In this document: positions 40,939 to 50,280 of the stretch, piece by piece
Position numbering within the stretch: position 1 is the stretch's first letter
Layout of the letters: every line of letters begins with the position of its first letter
NCBI GenBank assembly: GCA_963736005.1
Contig: CAVTNB010000003.1
Location: 416,001-480,000, forward strand
Length of the DNA stretch: 64,000 bases
Direction of reading: 5' to 3'
From: an uncultured Pseudomonadota bacterium
Lineage (GTDB): Bacteria; Vulcanimicrobiota; Vulcanimicrobiia; Eremiobacterales; Eremiobacteraceae
Program-made: the position numbers and the translations under genes
The notes under the pieces: generated by a model
The model's input: only the letters and a program-made list of their open reading frames with translations
Databases searched by the model: none
Told to the model about the DNA's origin: nothing

Positions 40939-41686
40939 CGCTGGCCAGGATTTCAGCCAAGTGCATGAACCGCAGCATGGTGTGCGGCTGTGTTTTTCGG
41001 ACAAGACCTTCGACGTGCATGAGACAGCTTGCATCGCCCGAGGTCACAACCGTAGCCCCGGTGTGCGCGATGTGCTCGCACTTCGCTTGGCCCATGGAAA
41101 CCGAAAGCTCAGGATACTTCACGGCGAAAAGGCCACCGAATCCGCAACACTCATCCATCCGTGGCAGCTCGACATACTCGAGTCCGCGAACCGCCCGCAA
41201 GAGCGTCAGCGCCGCATTCGTAGCGTGCAACTCTCGACGCGCGTGACATCCATCGTGGTAGGTTACCGTGCCAGCAAAGCTCGCGCCTACATCGTCAAAC
41301 CCAAGCTTTTCCACGAGAAAGGTCGCGAGGTCGTACACGCGCGCGCCAACCTGCGTCGCCTCCACTTCGCCCTCGAGCGCGGCGTAGAAAACTCGCGCCA
41401 TCGCGCCGCACGAGCCCGAGGGAACCACGATCCAAGGAAAGCTTGAGAACACGTCCGCAAAGCGACGAGCCAATGCCCGCGTCTCGGACCACAGCCCGGC
41501 GTTGAACGCGGGTTGTCCGCAGCACGTTTGCTCCATCGGATATTCCAGCGGCACGCCGAGTCGCTCGAAGAGCTTAACGACGGATCTGCCTACCTGTGGA
41601 AAGAGCGCGTCGCAGTAGCAGGGCAGAAACAGTGCAACGCGCTCTCCTTGACGATACCGAACAGAAGGCGCCGATGTTTCAATCAT
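40931..41686 (-). CDS. lutA: Lactate utilization protein A (CCG domains)
   Basis: QTCCGQP, SGSC, YHDGCH, CCGFGG, DASC. Confidence 0.9.
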   Translation of the reverse strand: MIETSAPSVRYRQGERVALFLPCYCDALFPQVGRSVVKLFERLGVPLEYPMEQTCCGQPAFNAGLWSETRALARRFADVFSSFPWIVVPSGSCGAMARVFYAALEGEVEATQVGARVYDLATFLVEKLGFDDVGASFAGTVTYHDGCHARRELHATNAALTLLRAVRGLEYVELPRMDECCGFGGLFAVKYPELSVSMGQAKCEHIAHTGATVVTSGDASCLMHVEGLVRKTQPHTMLRFMHLAEILASDG

Positions 41687-41719
41687 CGCCGCCTTGTGTT
41701 CAACGTGCCCGCGACGCCA

Positions 41720-44107
41720 TCATTGCCCGAACTTCAAACCGACGTCGAAGAGCCGAGGTGGCGCATAGTGGTTGCCCTGCGCGTTGAGGATCGTCACATA
41801 GTAGCGATCGTTAAAGAGGTTTTGAATCCGAAACGTAAGGGCGGTCCGCGGTCCGACGCTCACGCCCTTCTCAACCGAGAAGATTGTGTGCGGTGTCTTC
41901 TTACAAAAGCCAGGAGTTCCGGCCGGACAAATGGCCGACGAGAGACCGCTGCCATACTCCGCGTCCGCTGAAAACCACCCATTCTGATTGTCGTTCATGA
42001 GCATGCCGGCGGTGACGCTGTAGCTTTGATCGTGATCCGCGGGTGTGAACCCCGTGGGCGATCCGAAGCAGGGTGCAAGCAGCTGCGTTTCGCATCCCGA
42101 GTTCAACGACAGCGTGTGGGCGACGTTGACGTACGCCCGTCCGTTGCGAATGAGCGGCGCTTGGTAGGTTAGTGCTTCCTGCGAAAGCCGGCCAAGCGTG
42201 TAGTTGATGTCCTGATGGAGCAGCGTCACGCCAACTTGCGTGTCATCGATGAGATCGTTGGCATTCTTCTGCCAAACGCGAAAGCCCAGGGTTCCATTAC
42301 CCAACGGGAGATGGCCTCCAAGTTCGAGTTGCGTATCGCGCTCTGGTTTGAGATCGAATTGCGCGAGCGTCGACTGCAGCGGCAAGTTCAACAATTGCGC
42401 GGCTCGCGGATCGACGTTTTCAAGGGAGAATGGTTCGAAGAAGCGCCCTAGATACACATAGACACTCGCCCGAGGTCCGAAATTTCTCGCGAGCTTGATG
42501 CGCGGACTCACCGCGCCGAATCCACGGGCAAAATCTGTCGACTTGATGTTGAACAGATCCCAGCGCATTCCGTAGTCGAGTGTGTAGGCGTTCCCCATGG
42601 TCCAGCTATCCTCAACGTACGTGCTGTAGATGTTGCCCACGTTGGGATTGTTGTCCACCACCGTAAAGGGTGCATGCGGCATTCCTTTCGTAAAAATCGG
42701 CGCCAAGAAGTTGTTCGGTTGCAGCGTCACCTGATAGTCTTTGATGACGCGGGTCCCATCGTAGGAGATGCCAGCGCGCAGTTCGTGCTTCTCGTATTGT
42801 TTTGAGTAATCGCTTTGAAAGATGTAATCCAGCGCCGTCTTGTCGTCGAAGAGCGAGAAGGCGCACGTGGTGGGAGAAAAGACTCCGGTTTGCACAGCCT
42901 TGGCGCAATCGGTGGAGCTTCCACCGTTGCCGAAAGGCGGTGGAGTTTGGTTGATAGCCTCTCCAAAGGCCCAGTCGTTGACCGGATCGCCGTAGTCCAC
43001 AACACGCGAAACCTTAAATGCCGGTCCAAAACTGAGCGCGCCTGCATTGCCCAGAGCCTGGCGGAATTGAACATTGACGAAGGTGTCGAGTTGCTTCTCG
43101 CTGTCATCCGTGTTCCCAGGCTCTCCAAAGCTGGTAGCATTGGGTATTTGGTTTGTTTGGAAACTGTTGATGATCGAGACGTCGGTGAAGTTGTTATTGC
43201 CGCGCGGCAGCGTCAAGCGCACGAACTCATTCGCGTCGCTTGCGTTGTTGTGCGGCGAACCCAGGTCGGGCGGGTCTAAGCCGCGAGTGGACTGGTCGAG
43301 ATGCAGAGCTGCAGCGAGCCCCCCACCACCACTAAGCGGTGAGTGGAACCCCAGCGTCTCGTCGAGGTTCGTGTACGAACCAACGTGCATTTCACCATCA
43401 ACGCCCGCTGGTCCGGATTGGGCGCGGGTTGAGATGTTGAGTACCGACCCGAATTTGAGTCCATACTGCGCCGGGTACGCACCCTCCATGGCATCGACGA
43501 ACGATACATCGTTGGGATCGATCTCACTGCCGATCTCTCGATTGAGCGCCTGAGGCACCGCAACGCCGTCAACGACGTAGTTGATGACTCCGTGGTCGCC
43601 GTTGAGGTGCACAACGCCGTTGGCCCCGCGCACCGCGCCGGGCAGCTGGATGAGTGCTTCGGGGAAGTTGCCGTTGTATGGCAAGCGCGTCAATACCGTC
43701 TTGTTGAGAACCGTATCGGAGCCGCTGCCGCGGCTGACTCCGGAGGTCACAACGCTCACGCGTCCGAGTTCGGATATTTGAGCAAGCACGAGCATGACCG
43801 TTGCGCCGCCGTTGCTCAGATCCACCCGGACCTGAGCTTGCATGCCACTTGCTGTCGCGGTCACGATATACGTGCCAAGACCGAGACCCGGGAATGTAAA
43901 GTGCCCCTGCGGGTCCGTGATGACTTTGGCCGTGAAATTATTGCCAGCCACCGTGACCGCAGCCCCTGGAACGGACTTGCCGTCTGACGTGACCGTACCG
44001 GACAAGAAAGCGCTCCCACCGGCCGCTAGCACCGCGCTTTTTTCCAAATAGGTGCAAGCGCACCACATTATTGTGAGAACGAGAAAAAACCGAGAAAACT
44101 TCTCCAC
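41720..44107 (-). CDS. TonB-dependent outer membrane receptor with N-terminal carboxypeptidase-regulatory-like domain
   Basis: Signal peptide, G.V...G..VPGA.V, plug YVVDGV..GAYPAQYG, LKPERD, NLFN..Y, terminal beta strand. Confidence 0.88.
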   Translation of the reverse strand: MEKFSRFFLVLTIMWCACTYLEKSAVLAAGGSAFLSGTVTSDGKSVPGAAVTVAGNNFTAKVITDPQGHFTFPGLGLGTYIVTATASGMQAQVRVDLSNGGATVMLVLAQISELGRVSVVTSGVSRGSGSDTVLNKTVLTRLPYNGNFPEALIQLPGAVRGANGVVHLNGDHGVINYVVDGVAVPQALNREIGSEIDPNDVSFVDAMEGAYPAQYGLKFGSVLNISTRAQSGPAGVDGEMHVGSYTNLDETLGFHSPLSGGGGLAAALHLDQSTRGLDPPDLGSPHNNASDANEFVRLTLPRGNNNFTDVSIINSFQTNQIPNATSFGEPGNTDDSEKQLDTFVNVQFRQALGNAGALSFGPAFKVSRVVDYGDPVNDWAFGEAINQTPPPFGNGGSSTDCAKAVQTGVFSPTTCAFSLFDDKTALDYIFQSDYSKQYEKHELRAGISYDGTRVIKDYQVTLQPNNFLAPIFTKGMPHAPFTVVDNNPNVGNIYSTYVEDSWTMGNAYTLDYGMRWDLFNIKSTDFARGFGAVSPRIKLARNFGPRASVYVYLGRFFEPFSLENVDPRAAQLLNLPLQSTLAQFDLKPERDTQLELGGHLPLGNGTLGFRVWQKNANDLIDDTQVGVTLLHQDINYTLGRLSQEALTYQAPLIRNGRAYVNVAHTLSLNSGCETQLLAPCFGSPTGFTPADHDQSYSVTAGMLMNDNQNGWFSADAEYGSGLSSAICPAGTPGFCKKTPHTIFSVEKGVSVGPRTALTFRIQNLFNDRYYVTILNAQGNHYAPPRLFDVGLKFGQ

Positions 44108-44201
44108 GATGACTCCAACTCCTCATGAATATCTTCAAACGACGGCTGTCACAGCCGGCGTATGCCGACCGTAAGACGCGCGCTTTTAGGGCGCTAGGGG
44201 A

Positions 44202-44864
44202 TTACGCGAGGAGCGGAGGTGGACGGTTGGCGAGTTGCGGTGACCAAAAGATGCTGCGTGGCGACCACGCGAAGTTCAAGCATGGCCGGAACACATGGGA
44301 CGTCTCGCCAGCAGCTGGAAGCAGCATCGCCGCCAAGCGTGCTGCAACTCTTGGCAGTCGTGCGGCAATGAGCCGTCCAACAATGGCGAGCAACAGTGCC
44401 GTGACAAGGGCACCAACGACGCCTGCGATCACGTCATGACCGCAAAAGAAGCAACCCTCGCCGATCGCGCTGCCGACGCCGGCCGCAAATTGCAGGGTCG
44501 CCGCGAGCAAATAGAATTGCCAGCCGCCGCCCAGAGGCAGCGTGGCCATCTCATTTGAGAGCAGACGTTTAAAATCTCGGATACCACTGGCCCGCTGTGT
44601 CAGTCCGCGAAATTCACAGACGACGACCGTTGCGCTCGCAAGCGCGATCAGGGCAAGATAGGCGTGACGTGGGGAGAGCACAATGTGCGCGTCAGCATCT
44701 GCGCCCATCCCAAAAAACTCGGATGCCAAATGGGTGAGCACGGCACCTACAACGATGCCCGCTGGAACGGTCCAACGCAAGCTCGATGCCTGAGCCCAAT
44801 GTTGAGAGGTCACAGAAAACAATTTCCCCACTGATAAGTATCGGCTTGCCCAAAGCTGCGGCAT
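44202..44864 (-). CDS. Membrane protein ending in LANRPPP; putative arrest-peptide leader (start 44864 or 44813)
   Basis: About 4 hydrophobic segments, His residues, CFFCGH, C-terminal SPQLANRPPPLLA; lies directly upstream of a TBDR gene. Confidence 0.7.
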   Translation of the reverse strand: MPQLWASRYLSVGKLFSVTSQHWAQASSLRWTVPAGIVVGAVLTHLASEFFGMGADADAHIVLSPRHAYLALIALASATVVVCEFRGLTQRASGIRDFKRLLSNEMATLPLGGGWQFYLLAATLQFAAGVGSAIGEGCFFCGHDVIAGVVGALVTALLLAIVGRLIAARLPRVAARLAAMLLPAAGETSHVFRPCLNFAWSPRSIFWSPQLANRPPPLLA

Positions 44865-44883
44865 ATGCTGGTCATCACACTTG

Positions 44884-44906
44884 TTATCGAGAATCATTCT
44901 CGATAA
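44884..44906. promoter_or_regulatory. Fur-family (Zur-like) operator palindrome
   Basis: TTATCGAGAAT-C-ATTCTCGATAA perfect inverted repeat, identical to 55987-56009. Confidence 0.85.
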
Positions 44907-44997
44907 CCACAGCGGCTGACCTTCGCCTAGCATCATGAAAATGCCCTGAATCCCTTGCAATGGATGACTGACGAAATGCCGAACACTCATACAGAAT

Positions 44998-45675
44998 ATG
45001 CCAAACCGAGACCGCTTCGCCTGGCTCCTTATTACCGCGACTGCCCTTGCCGCCATGGTCGTCGGCCATGCACTAGAGCTGTGGCTTGAGAACATACATG
45101 CCTTTGGCGAGCGTCCTGCTCAGTATAACCACGTTGCCCAAAGCTTCGTCGTGGAAATGGCTGCGCTTGCGTTTCTCGTTGCAGGGGTCGCTCTTGTCAG
45201 CCGCCTGGTCGCTTTGGCGGCACGATCAGTTCCGCGCGGCGACTCCTTGTTGCCCGCGTTGCACGCGATTGCCCAAAACGGGGTGGGTCGAGTCATCTTG
45301 CGCCTCGTCACCGTACAGCTACTCGCGCTGCTGCTGACGGAGTTTTGCGAACAGCGGCTCTCTGGATTCCAGGGCAATGCGCTCCTGTCGATCGTCGGAC
45401 CAGGTCACGCGACAGCGCTCGCTGTCCATCTGCTTTTGGGTTCGCTGGCTGCATTTTTGCTCTTTCGTTTTGCGCGCTTCGCGTCTGCGCGGACACGCTC
45501 ACTCGTCCATGCCGTCGTTGCTTTCCTGCGCTGGGTTGCGCTGCAGCCCAACGGCACCGCGCAACTTCCGCATGGTCCCTCGAGCGTTCCCACATTTTTT
45601 GCCCGCAAGCTTTGCCTGATCTCTCTCGGACTTGCTAATAGACCACCTCCGATAACCTCCGCACTTTTCGCCTAG
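44998..45675 (+). CDS. Membrane protein ending in LANRPPP; putative arrest-peptide leader
   Basis: About 4 hydrophobic segments with His residues (GHALE, HAF, NHV, GHA..VH), C-terminal LGLANRPPPITSALFA; lies directly upstream of a TBDR gene. Confidence 0.75.
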   Translation: MPNRDRFAWLLITATALAAMVVGHALELWLENIHAFGERPAQYNHVAQSFVVEMAALAFLVAGVALVSRLVALAARSVPRGDSLLPALHAIAQNGVGRVILRLVTVQLLALLLTEFCEQRLSGFQGNALLSIVGPGHATALAVHLLLGSLAAFLLFRFARFASARTRSLVHAVVAFLRWVALQPNGTAQLPHGPSSVPTFFARKLCLISLGLANRPPPITSALFA

Positions 45676-45740
45676 GCACAAAGCCGTCGTGGCTTTGGCA
45701 TAGCCTAGGCTCCTTGCTATGCTTTTTGCGGAGGTCTTCC

Positions 45741-48026
45741 ATGCGATTTGTACTCGCAACCATTGTCTTGGCAATTCTTGTCACTATGTGCTCCTTGAAC
45801 CCAGCATCCGCCGATGTCTACGGATCTGTGCGCGGCGTTGTTTTCGATCCTGGCAATCACCCCATCGACGGTGCGAAGGTCTCGCTCGCGGCGCCTGACG
45901 AAGCCACGCAAACAACGCCGACCGACTCCACTGGGCATTTCCGTTTTGCCCAGGTACCCTTCGACACATACGCACTGAGCGTTGATGCCCAAGGCTTCGC
46001 CCCAGCCTCGAGCGTGGTGACAGTTTTGTCGGGTAACGCGGTGGACGTGACATTCCATCTTTCACTCAAGACGATCGGGCGGGTCGTCGCGGTGGGCACG
46101 TCGACGGGTGCATCAGGGCAACCCGTGAGCGTCAACGTTATTTCGCAACAAACCATAGCAGCGCTGCCCAACGGAAACTCGCTGCAGCGAATAGTACAGA
46201 CCGTTCCCGGCGTCGTTCCGTTTTCATATAACGAACCGGTTGCGCGCGGCTTTCATGGCGTGACCTACGAGATCGACGGGGTCCCGTTACCGCAAACCGC
46301 GGGGCAGTACTTCTCCGAGATTATCGACCCGCGTGACGTCGATCGCCTCGAAGTGTTCACGGGCGCAATGCCCGCCGAGTTCGGCGGTCAGCGTCAGGGC
46401 GCCGTGGTTGACGTGCTCACGAAGTCCGCGAACCAGTTCATCGGCCCAGATGGGGGTACCGTGTCTCTGTTCGGCGGATCGTATAATACCGCTGGTGTGT
46501 CGCTCGATCAGGTGGCTGGAAGCGGAAATTTCCGCGCATTCTTCAACGCCAATCTGTTTCGGAACGCACGTGGTTTGGATTCTCCAACGAGCTCCCCCGA
46601 GCACGACAACTCCAATCAGAGCGACGGCTTCTTGCGACTTCTGTTCTCGCCGAGCTCGCGCGATACGCTGGCGTTTGACTATTCCGAGCAGTATGCAGCG
46701 TTCCAAATTCCAATCGACACGAACCAACACGACCCTAACAACCCAAATTGGTCAGTGCCCGGCACCGACGACAACCAACACGAGTATACCCGCTTTGCGA
46801 ATCTCACGTACAATCACACAAGCGCCGATGGCAATGGCTTTTTCGAGTTGACGCCCTGGTGGAGTTCGGACCGGCTCACCTATCTGCCGGATCCGCAGAA
46901 CGACCTCGCCGGCGCCTCGCAATCCTCGACCTTCCAGGACCGTTACTCCAACTTTGTCGGTCTCGCAGCCGCTCTGTTTCGTGGTGGTGAAAGGAACAGC
47001 GTCAAAGTTGGAGTCAACACCGACGTTCAAAACATGATGAGCGCGTTCAACATCTTGTTCATCGACCCAAACACCGGGAAGCTTGCGCCTCCTTTTGAGG
47101 ACAACGTTGCTCAACGCGGAACGAACACGGGAGTCTATGCCGAAGACAAGTTCTATGCCTCGCCTTACGTGACCCTAGACGGCGGCCTTCGCTGGGATCA
47201 CTCGACTGGCTTCACGTCTGGCAATCAGATTAGCCCGCGCATTGAAGCCAATTTTCAGGCAGACCCAAAGAACGTTGTCCATTTTTACTACGGCCGCTTG
47301 TATGCCGCACCAGCCCTCGAAGACGTGCGGCGAGATGCAGTCGTTATTGGCGGCGGTTCGTCTAACGCAGTGCCGGTGTACGACCTCAAACCTGAGCGAG
47401 ACTCTATTTATGAGGCCGGCGTTGCGCACGAGTTCAGTCCGCTCGTGCACGGCTTCCTTACCTTGTGGGGTCGGTCAGTCAACAACGTCCTCGATACGAC
47501 GCAGATCGGCAGTACGCCGTTGTTTACGGTCTTCAACTCTGCGGGAGGTCAGGCAAGCGGCGTGGAGTTTCGCATCAACGGCCGCGTCCTCAATGGCAAC
47601 TCCTATTACTTCTCGTATGGCACAAGCTACAGCATCGCGTCAGGCATCTCCGGCGGAACGTTCAACTTCCCAGTCAGCGCGCTGCAGGGTGCCAACGGGT
47701 GGGCGCTCGAGGACCACGATCAAACGAACACGATCAACACGGCGTACACGTTCACTGCTCCCGGTGGCCGGTTCGCGACGCTGCAAGCCCTCTTTGGCAG
47801 CGGCTTCCCAGTGCAGTTCGAAAATGGCCCGGGGCGGCTGCCGGCGCACTGGGAACTTGGCGCCTCGTACGGACAGCCGGCGTCGCGCACGGGCGTGGGC
47901 TGGGAAGTGAGCGGCACGAACCTGCTCAATCACTTCTATCTAATCAAAGTCGCGAACGGGTTCAACTCCACGCAGTACTCGGCCGGAAGGCAGGTTACTG
48001 TGAAGTTGACGGCGCCTGTCTACTAA
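45741..48026 (+). CDS. TonB-dependent outer membrane receptor (paralogue of 41720..44107)
   Basis: GGAGG RBS, signal peptide, YEIDGV..GAMPAEFG plug, SPR, LKPERD, DHDQ, NLLN..Y. Confidence 0.88.
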   Translation: MRFVLATIVLAILVTMCSLNPASADVYGSVRGVVFDPGNHPIDGAKVSLAAPDEATQTTPTDSTGHFRFAQVPFDTYALSVDAQGFAPASSVVTVLSGNAVDVTFHLSLKTIGRVVAVGTSTGASGQPVSVNVISQQTIAALPNGNSLQRIVQTVPGVVPFSYNEPVARGFHGVTYEIDGVPLPQTAGQYFSEIIDPRDVDRLEVFTGAMPAEFGGQRQGAVVDVLTKSANQFIGPDGGTVSLFGGSYNTAGVSLDQVAGSGNFRAFFNANLFRNARGLDSPTSSPEHDNSNQSDGFLRLLFSPSSRDTLAFDYSEQYAAFQIPIDTNQHDPNNPNWSVPGTDDNQHEYTRFANLTYNHTSADGNGFFELTPWWSSDRLTYLPDPQNDLAGASQSSTFQDRYSNFVGLAAALFRGGERNSVKVGVNTDVQNMMSAFNILFIDPNTGKLAPPFEDNVAQRGTNTGVYAEDKFYASPYVTLDGGLRWDHSTGFTSGNQISPRIEANFQADPKNVVHFYYGRLYAAPALEDVRRDAVVIGGGSSNAVPVYDLKPERDSIYEAGVAHEFSPLVHGFLTLWGRSVNNVLDTTQIGSTPLFTVFNSAGGQASGVEFRINGRVLNGNSYYFSYGTSYSIASGISGGTFNFPVSALQGANGWALEDHDQTNTINTAYTFTAPGGRFATLQALFGSGFPVQFENGPGRLPAHWELGASYGQPASRTGVGWEVSGTNLLNHFYLIKVANGFNSTQYSAGRQVTVKLTAPVY

Positions 48027-48471
48027 GCCGGGACTGTGCACGCGACCACCACGCAAGGTAGATCGCCGCAGCAAAGAGACTCACGTCGCGTAGCACCGTC
48101 ATCCACGTCGCGGGTTGATTGTCGCCTGGACCAAAGCAACCGCAAGGCGCACTCAACCCGCGGATGACGGCCGAAGCAACGATAACCGAGAAGAGCGCGA
48201 GCACAGCAGCCGCGACCGCTGAAGACACCGGAAGCAGGAGCCCCGCTACGAGATAAATCCCAAGCAGTATCTCAAGTGGCGGGAGCGCGAGCGCCAAGCC
48301 TGCAACAAACGGGGGAGGCGCGCCAAGCTTGTAGGCGGTTATCGCCGCGGCGAGATCGGCGGGATGGCCAATTTTCAAGATGCCTGCAGCGAGGAAAATG
48401 CCGCCGACGATAAGGCGTACGAGGAAGGGAACAATATGAGCGCGAGGCCCAAAGAGACGAGCCAGGGTCAA
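47995..48471 (-). CDS. MauE/DoxX family membrane protein (start uncertain)
   Basis: RL..GG.FL.AG..K, LP.LE..LG, CGCFG, RD. Confidence 0.8.
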   Translation of the reverse strand: MTLARLFGPRAHIVPFLVRLIVGGIFLAAGILKIGHPADLAAAITAYKLGAPPPFVAGLALALPPLEILLGIYLVAGLLLPVSSAVAAAVLALFSVIVASAVIRGLSAPCGCFGPGDNQPATWMTVLRDVSLFAAAIYLAWWSRAQSRLSRQAPSTSQ

Positions 48472-49089
48472 AAGGCCGCCACCTCGCCGCCACGCCGACC
48501 CACAAGCGTGCTCTTGCCAGCCATCGTCGCGTTGGTTGCGATTGCTGCTATCATTGTCTACGCGGTTCTGCACGCCAACCGAGCCGTTCCTGGGTCTGCT
48601 GTCGCAACCGACTCGCCTGCGCTCCCACCGCCAATCAAAGCCGGCGCGCAAGCGCCCGGGTTTGCGTTGCCCAGCAAGATTGGCACGTTTTCCTCAAGCG
48701 AACTTGACGGCACGCCCTATCTCTTGGAGATTTTTGCGACGTGGTGCCCGCACTGCCAGCGCATGACGAAGGTTCTGCGCGCGATTCGCGCGAGCGTACC
48801 GCAAGCGCGTCTCGGCATGGTTTCGGTGACCGGCTCGCCGTACGCGGCTAATTCGACGCCGGACAATCTCGTTCCCGAAAATCAAGGTGACGTTGATGCA
48901 TTTGAGTCAACGTTCGGCGTCACGTGGCCGAGCTTTTACGATCCCGACCTTACGGTGGCAAAGAAGTGGGGCTTGGATGGCTTCCCGACGATCTTCATCG
49001 TCAATGCAAAAGGAACGATCGTCTACGCAACGAGCGGGGAAGTATCAAAAACCGAATTGATGAACGCCATAAAGAAGGCCGGCGCTTAG
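48436..49089 (+). CDS. TlpA/ResA-like membrane-anchored thioredoxin
   Basis: TM anchor, APGF.L, FATWCPHC, G.PT.FIV...G; GGAAGGG RBS. Confidence 0.88.
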   Translation: MSARPKETSQGQKAATSPPRRPTSVLLPAIVALVAIAAIIVYAVLHANRAVPGSAVATDSPALPPPIKAGAQAPGFALPSKIGTFSSSELDGTPYLLEIFATWCPHCQRMTKVLRAIRASVPQARLGMVSVTGSPYAANSTPDNLVPENQGDVDAFESTFGVTWPSFYDPDLTVAKKWGLDGFPTIFIVNAKGTIVYATSGEVSKTELMNAIKKAGA

Positions 49090-49829
49090 ACACTGCGCTG
49101 CAGCACGAACAAGGAGTCATAGTATCCTCTTGTGCTCGGCGTAAAATGAGATCGCCGGGCTGAGGCAATTTCTCCTTGGGCGGCCAAGCGCGCGAGCAGT
49201 GCCGGGCACCCGCGCGATGAGGCCAAGCGCATCCAGCGCGATCCGGCCGAGCGCCGAATCGGATAGTGCCGCAGCACGGTGAAGCCACTGCGCCGGAAGG
49301 TCTCGCCATAGCGCTCGATGGTCAAACCACGTCCATTGTCGAGCTGTTCGATCAGGATGCCGTTGCCGCCGGGCGCCGTCACGCGGGCGAGCTCTGGCAT
49401 TGCGGCATCCAGGACAGCGGTACGCAGCAAGACGTACGCGCTCAAGAACAAGTCGAAAAATCCATCGGCGAAAGGCAATGGGCCGTCGCGCCACAGCACG
49501 AGACGATCCTCCGGCACGACGTGCGCGGCGCGCGCCATCTCGATGCAATCCGCCGTGCGATCCACGCCATAGGTTTGCGCTGCGAAAGCGGAGAGGGTGG
49601 GCATCAACCGCGCCCCACCACATCCGAAATCTAGGGCGCGTTCGTACCGCCGATGCAGCTCGCCGAGCGCTCGGCTTAGGGAGATCTTGTGCACCGCGTC
49701 GATGAACCCGTTCTTCTTCCCAATTGTGTCTCCGCAATCGAGCGCCACGCCATAGACGCCATAGCGCGCACGGTCGCTCCATGAGAGACCTTCGTACACG
49801 TCGAAGTTTTCTTCAACCATTGAAGCCAT
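49086..49829 (-). CDS. Class I SAM-dependent methyltransferase
   Basis: ALDFGCGGA, GVD, LPFADGFFD, RV..PGG. Confidence 0.85.
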   Translation of the reverse strand: MASMVEENFDVYEGLSWSDRARYGVYGVALDCGDTIGKKNGFIDAVHKISLSRALGELHRRYERALDFGCGGARLMPTLSAFAAQTYGVDRTADCIEMARAAHVVPEDRLVLWRDGPLPFADGFFDLFLSAYVLLRTAVLDAAMPELARVTAPGGNGILIEQLDNGRGLTIERYGETFRRSGFTVLRHYPIRRSAGSRWMRLASSRGCPALLARLAAQGEIASARRSHFTPSTRGYYDSLFVLQRSV

Positions 49830-49841
49830 GAGGGGAGAGCA

Positions 49842-50099
49842 ATGCCGCGATACGTCTCATTACACGCGCTTGGCTGTTTGCCGAAACCGGCGTTTGCTTC
49901 CTTGTGCGCGAGAATTTTCTCGGGCAGTACCGCTGCGCACCGAATCATCGCAGGGCAGGTGGGAGAAAAGATGCTCGTCGAGTTCGATGCGCCCGATGCG
50001 CCAAGCGCGGAGGCGTGGTTGCGTGCGAACAAACTCACACCGCTGTGGGTGCTGCGCCTCGACTACGAAAGCACGGATGGTCGGATCGCCGAACTCTGA
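49842..50099 (+). CDS. Small hypothetical protein, DUF4242-like
   Basis: GAGGGGAG RBS; MPRYVSLH...KMLVEFDAPD..SAE pattern resembles DUF4242. Confidence 0.55.
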   Translation: MPRYVSLHALGCLPKPAFASLCARIFSGSTAAHRIIAGQVGEKMLVEFDAPDAPSAEAWLRANKLTPLWVLRLDYESTDGRIAEL

Positions 50100-50280
50100 A
50101 CCTGATCTTGCCGCCGCATTGAGGTGACCAATCCCATATGAAGGGCGCCAGTGAGGTCATCTGTAGGTCATATGTCGCGGGTTTAAAGCGTCCGGCGAGG
50201 GAAGACTTGGTCACACCCATACACATGGGCCGAACACTTACTCAACGTGAATTCACACAATCGAAAGGCTTAATCTCTTC

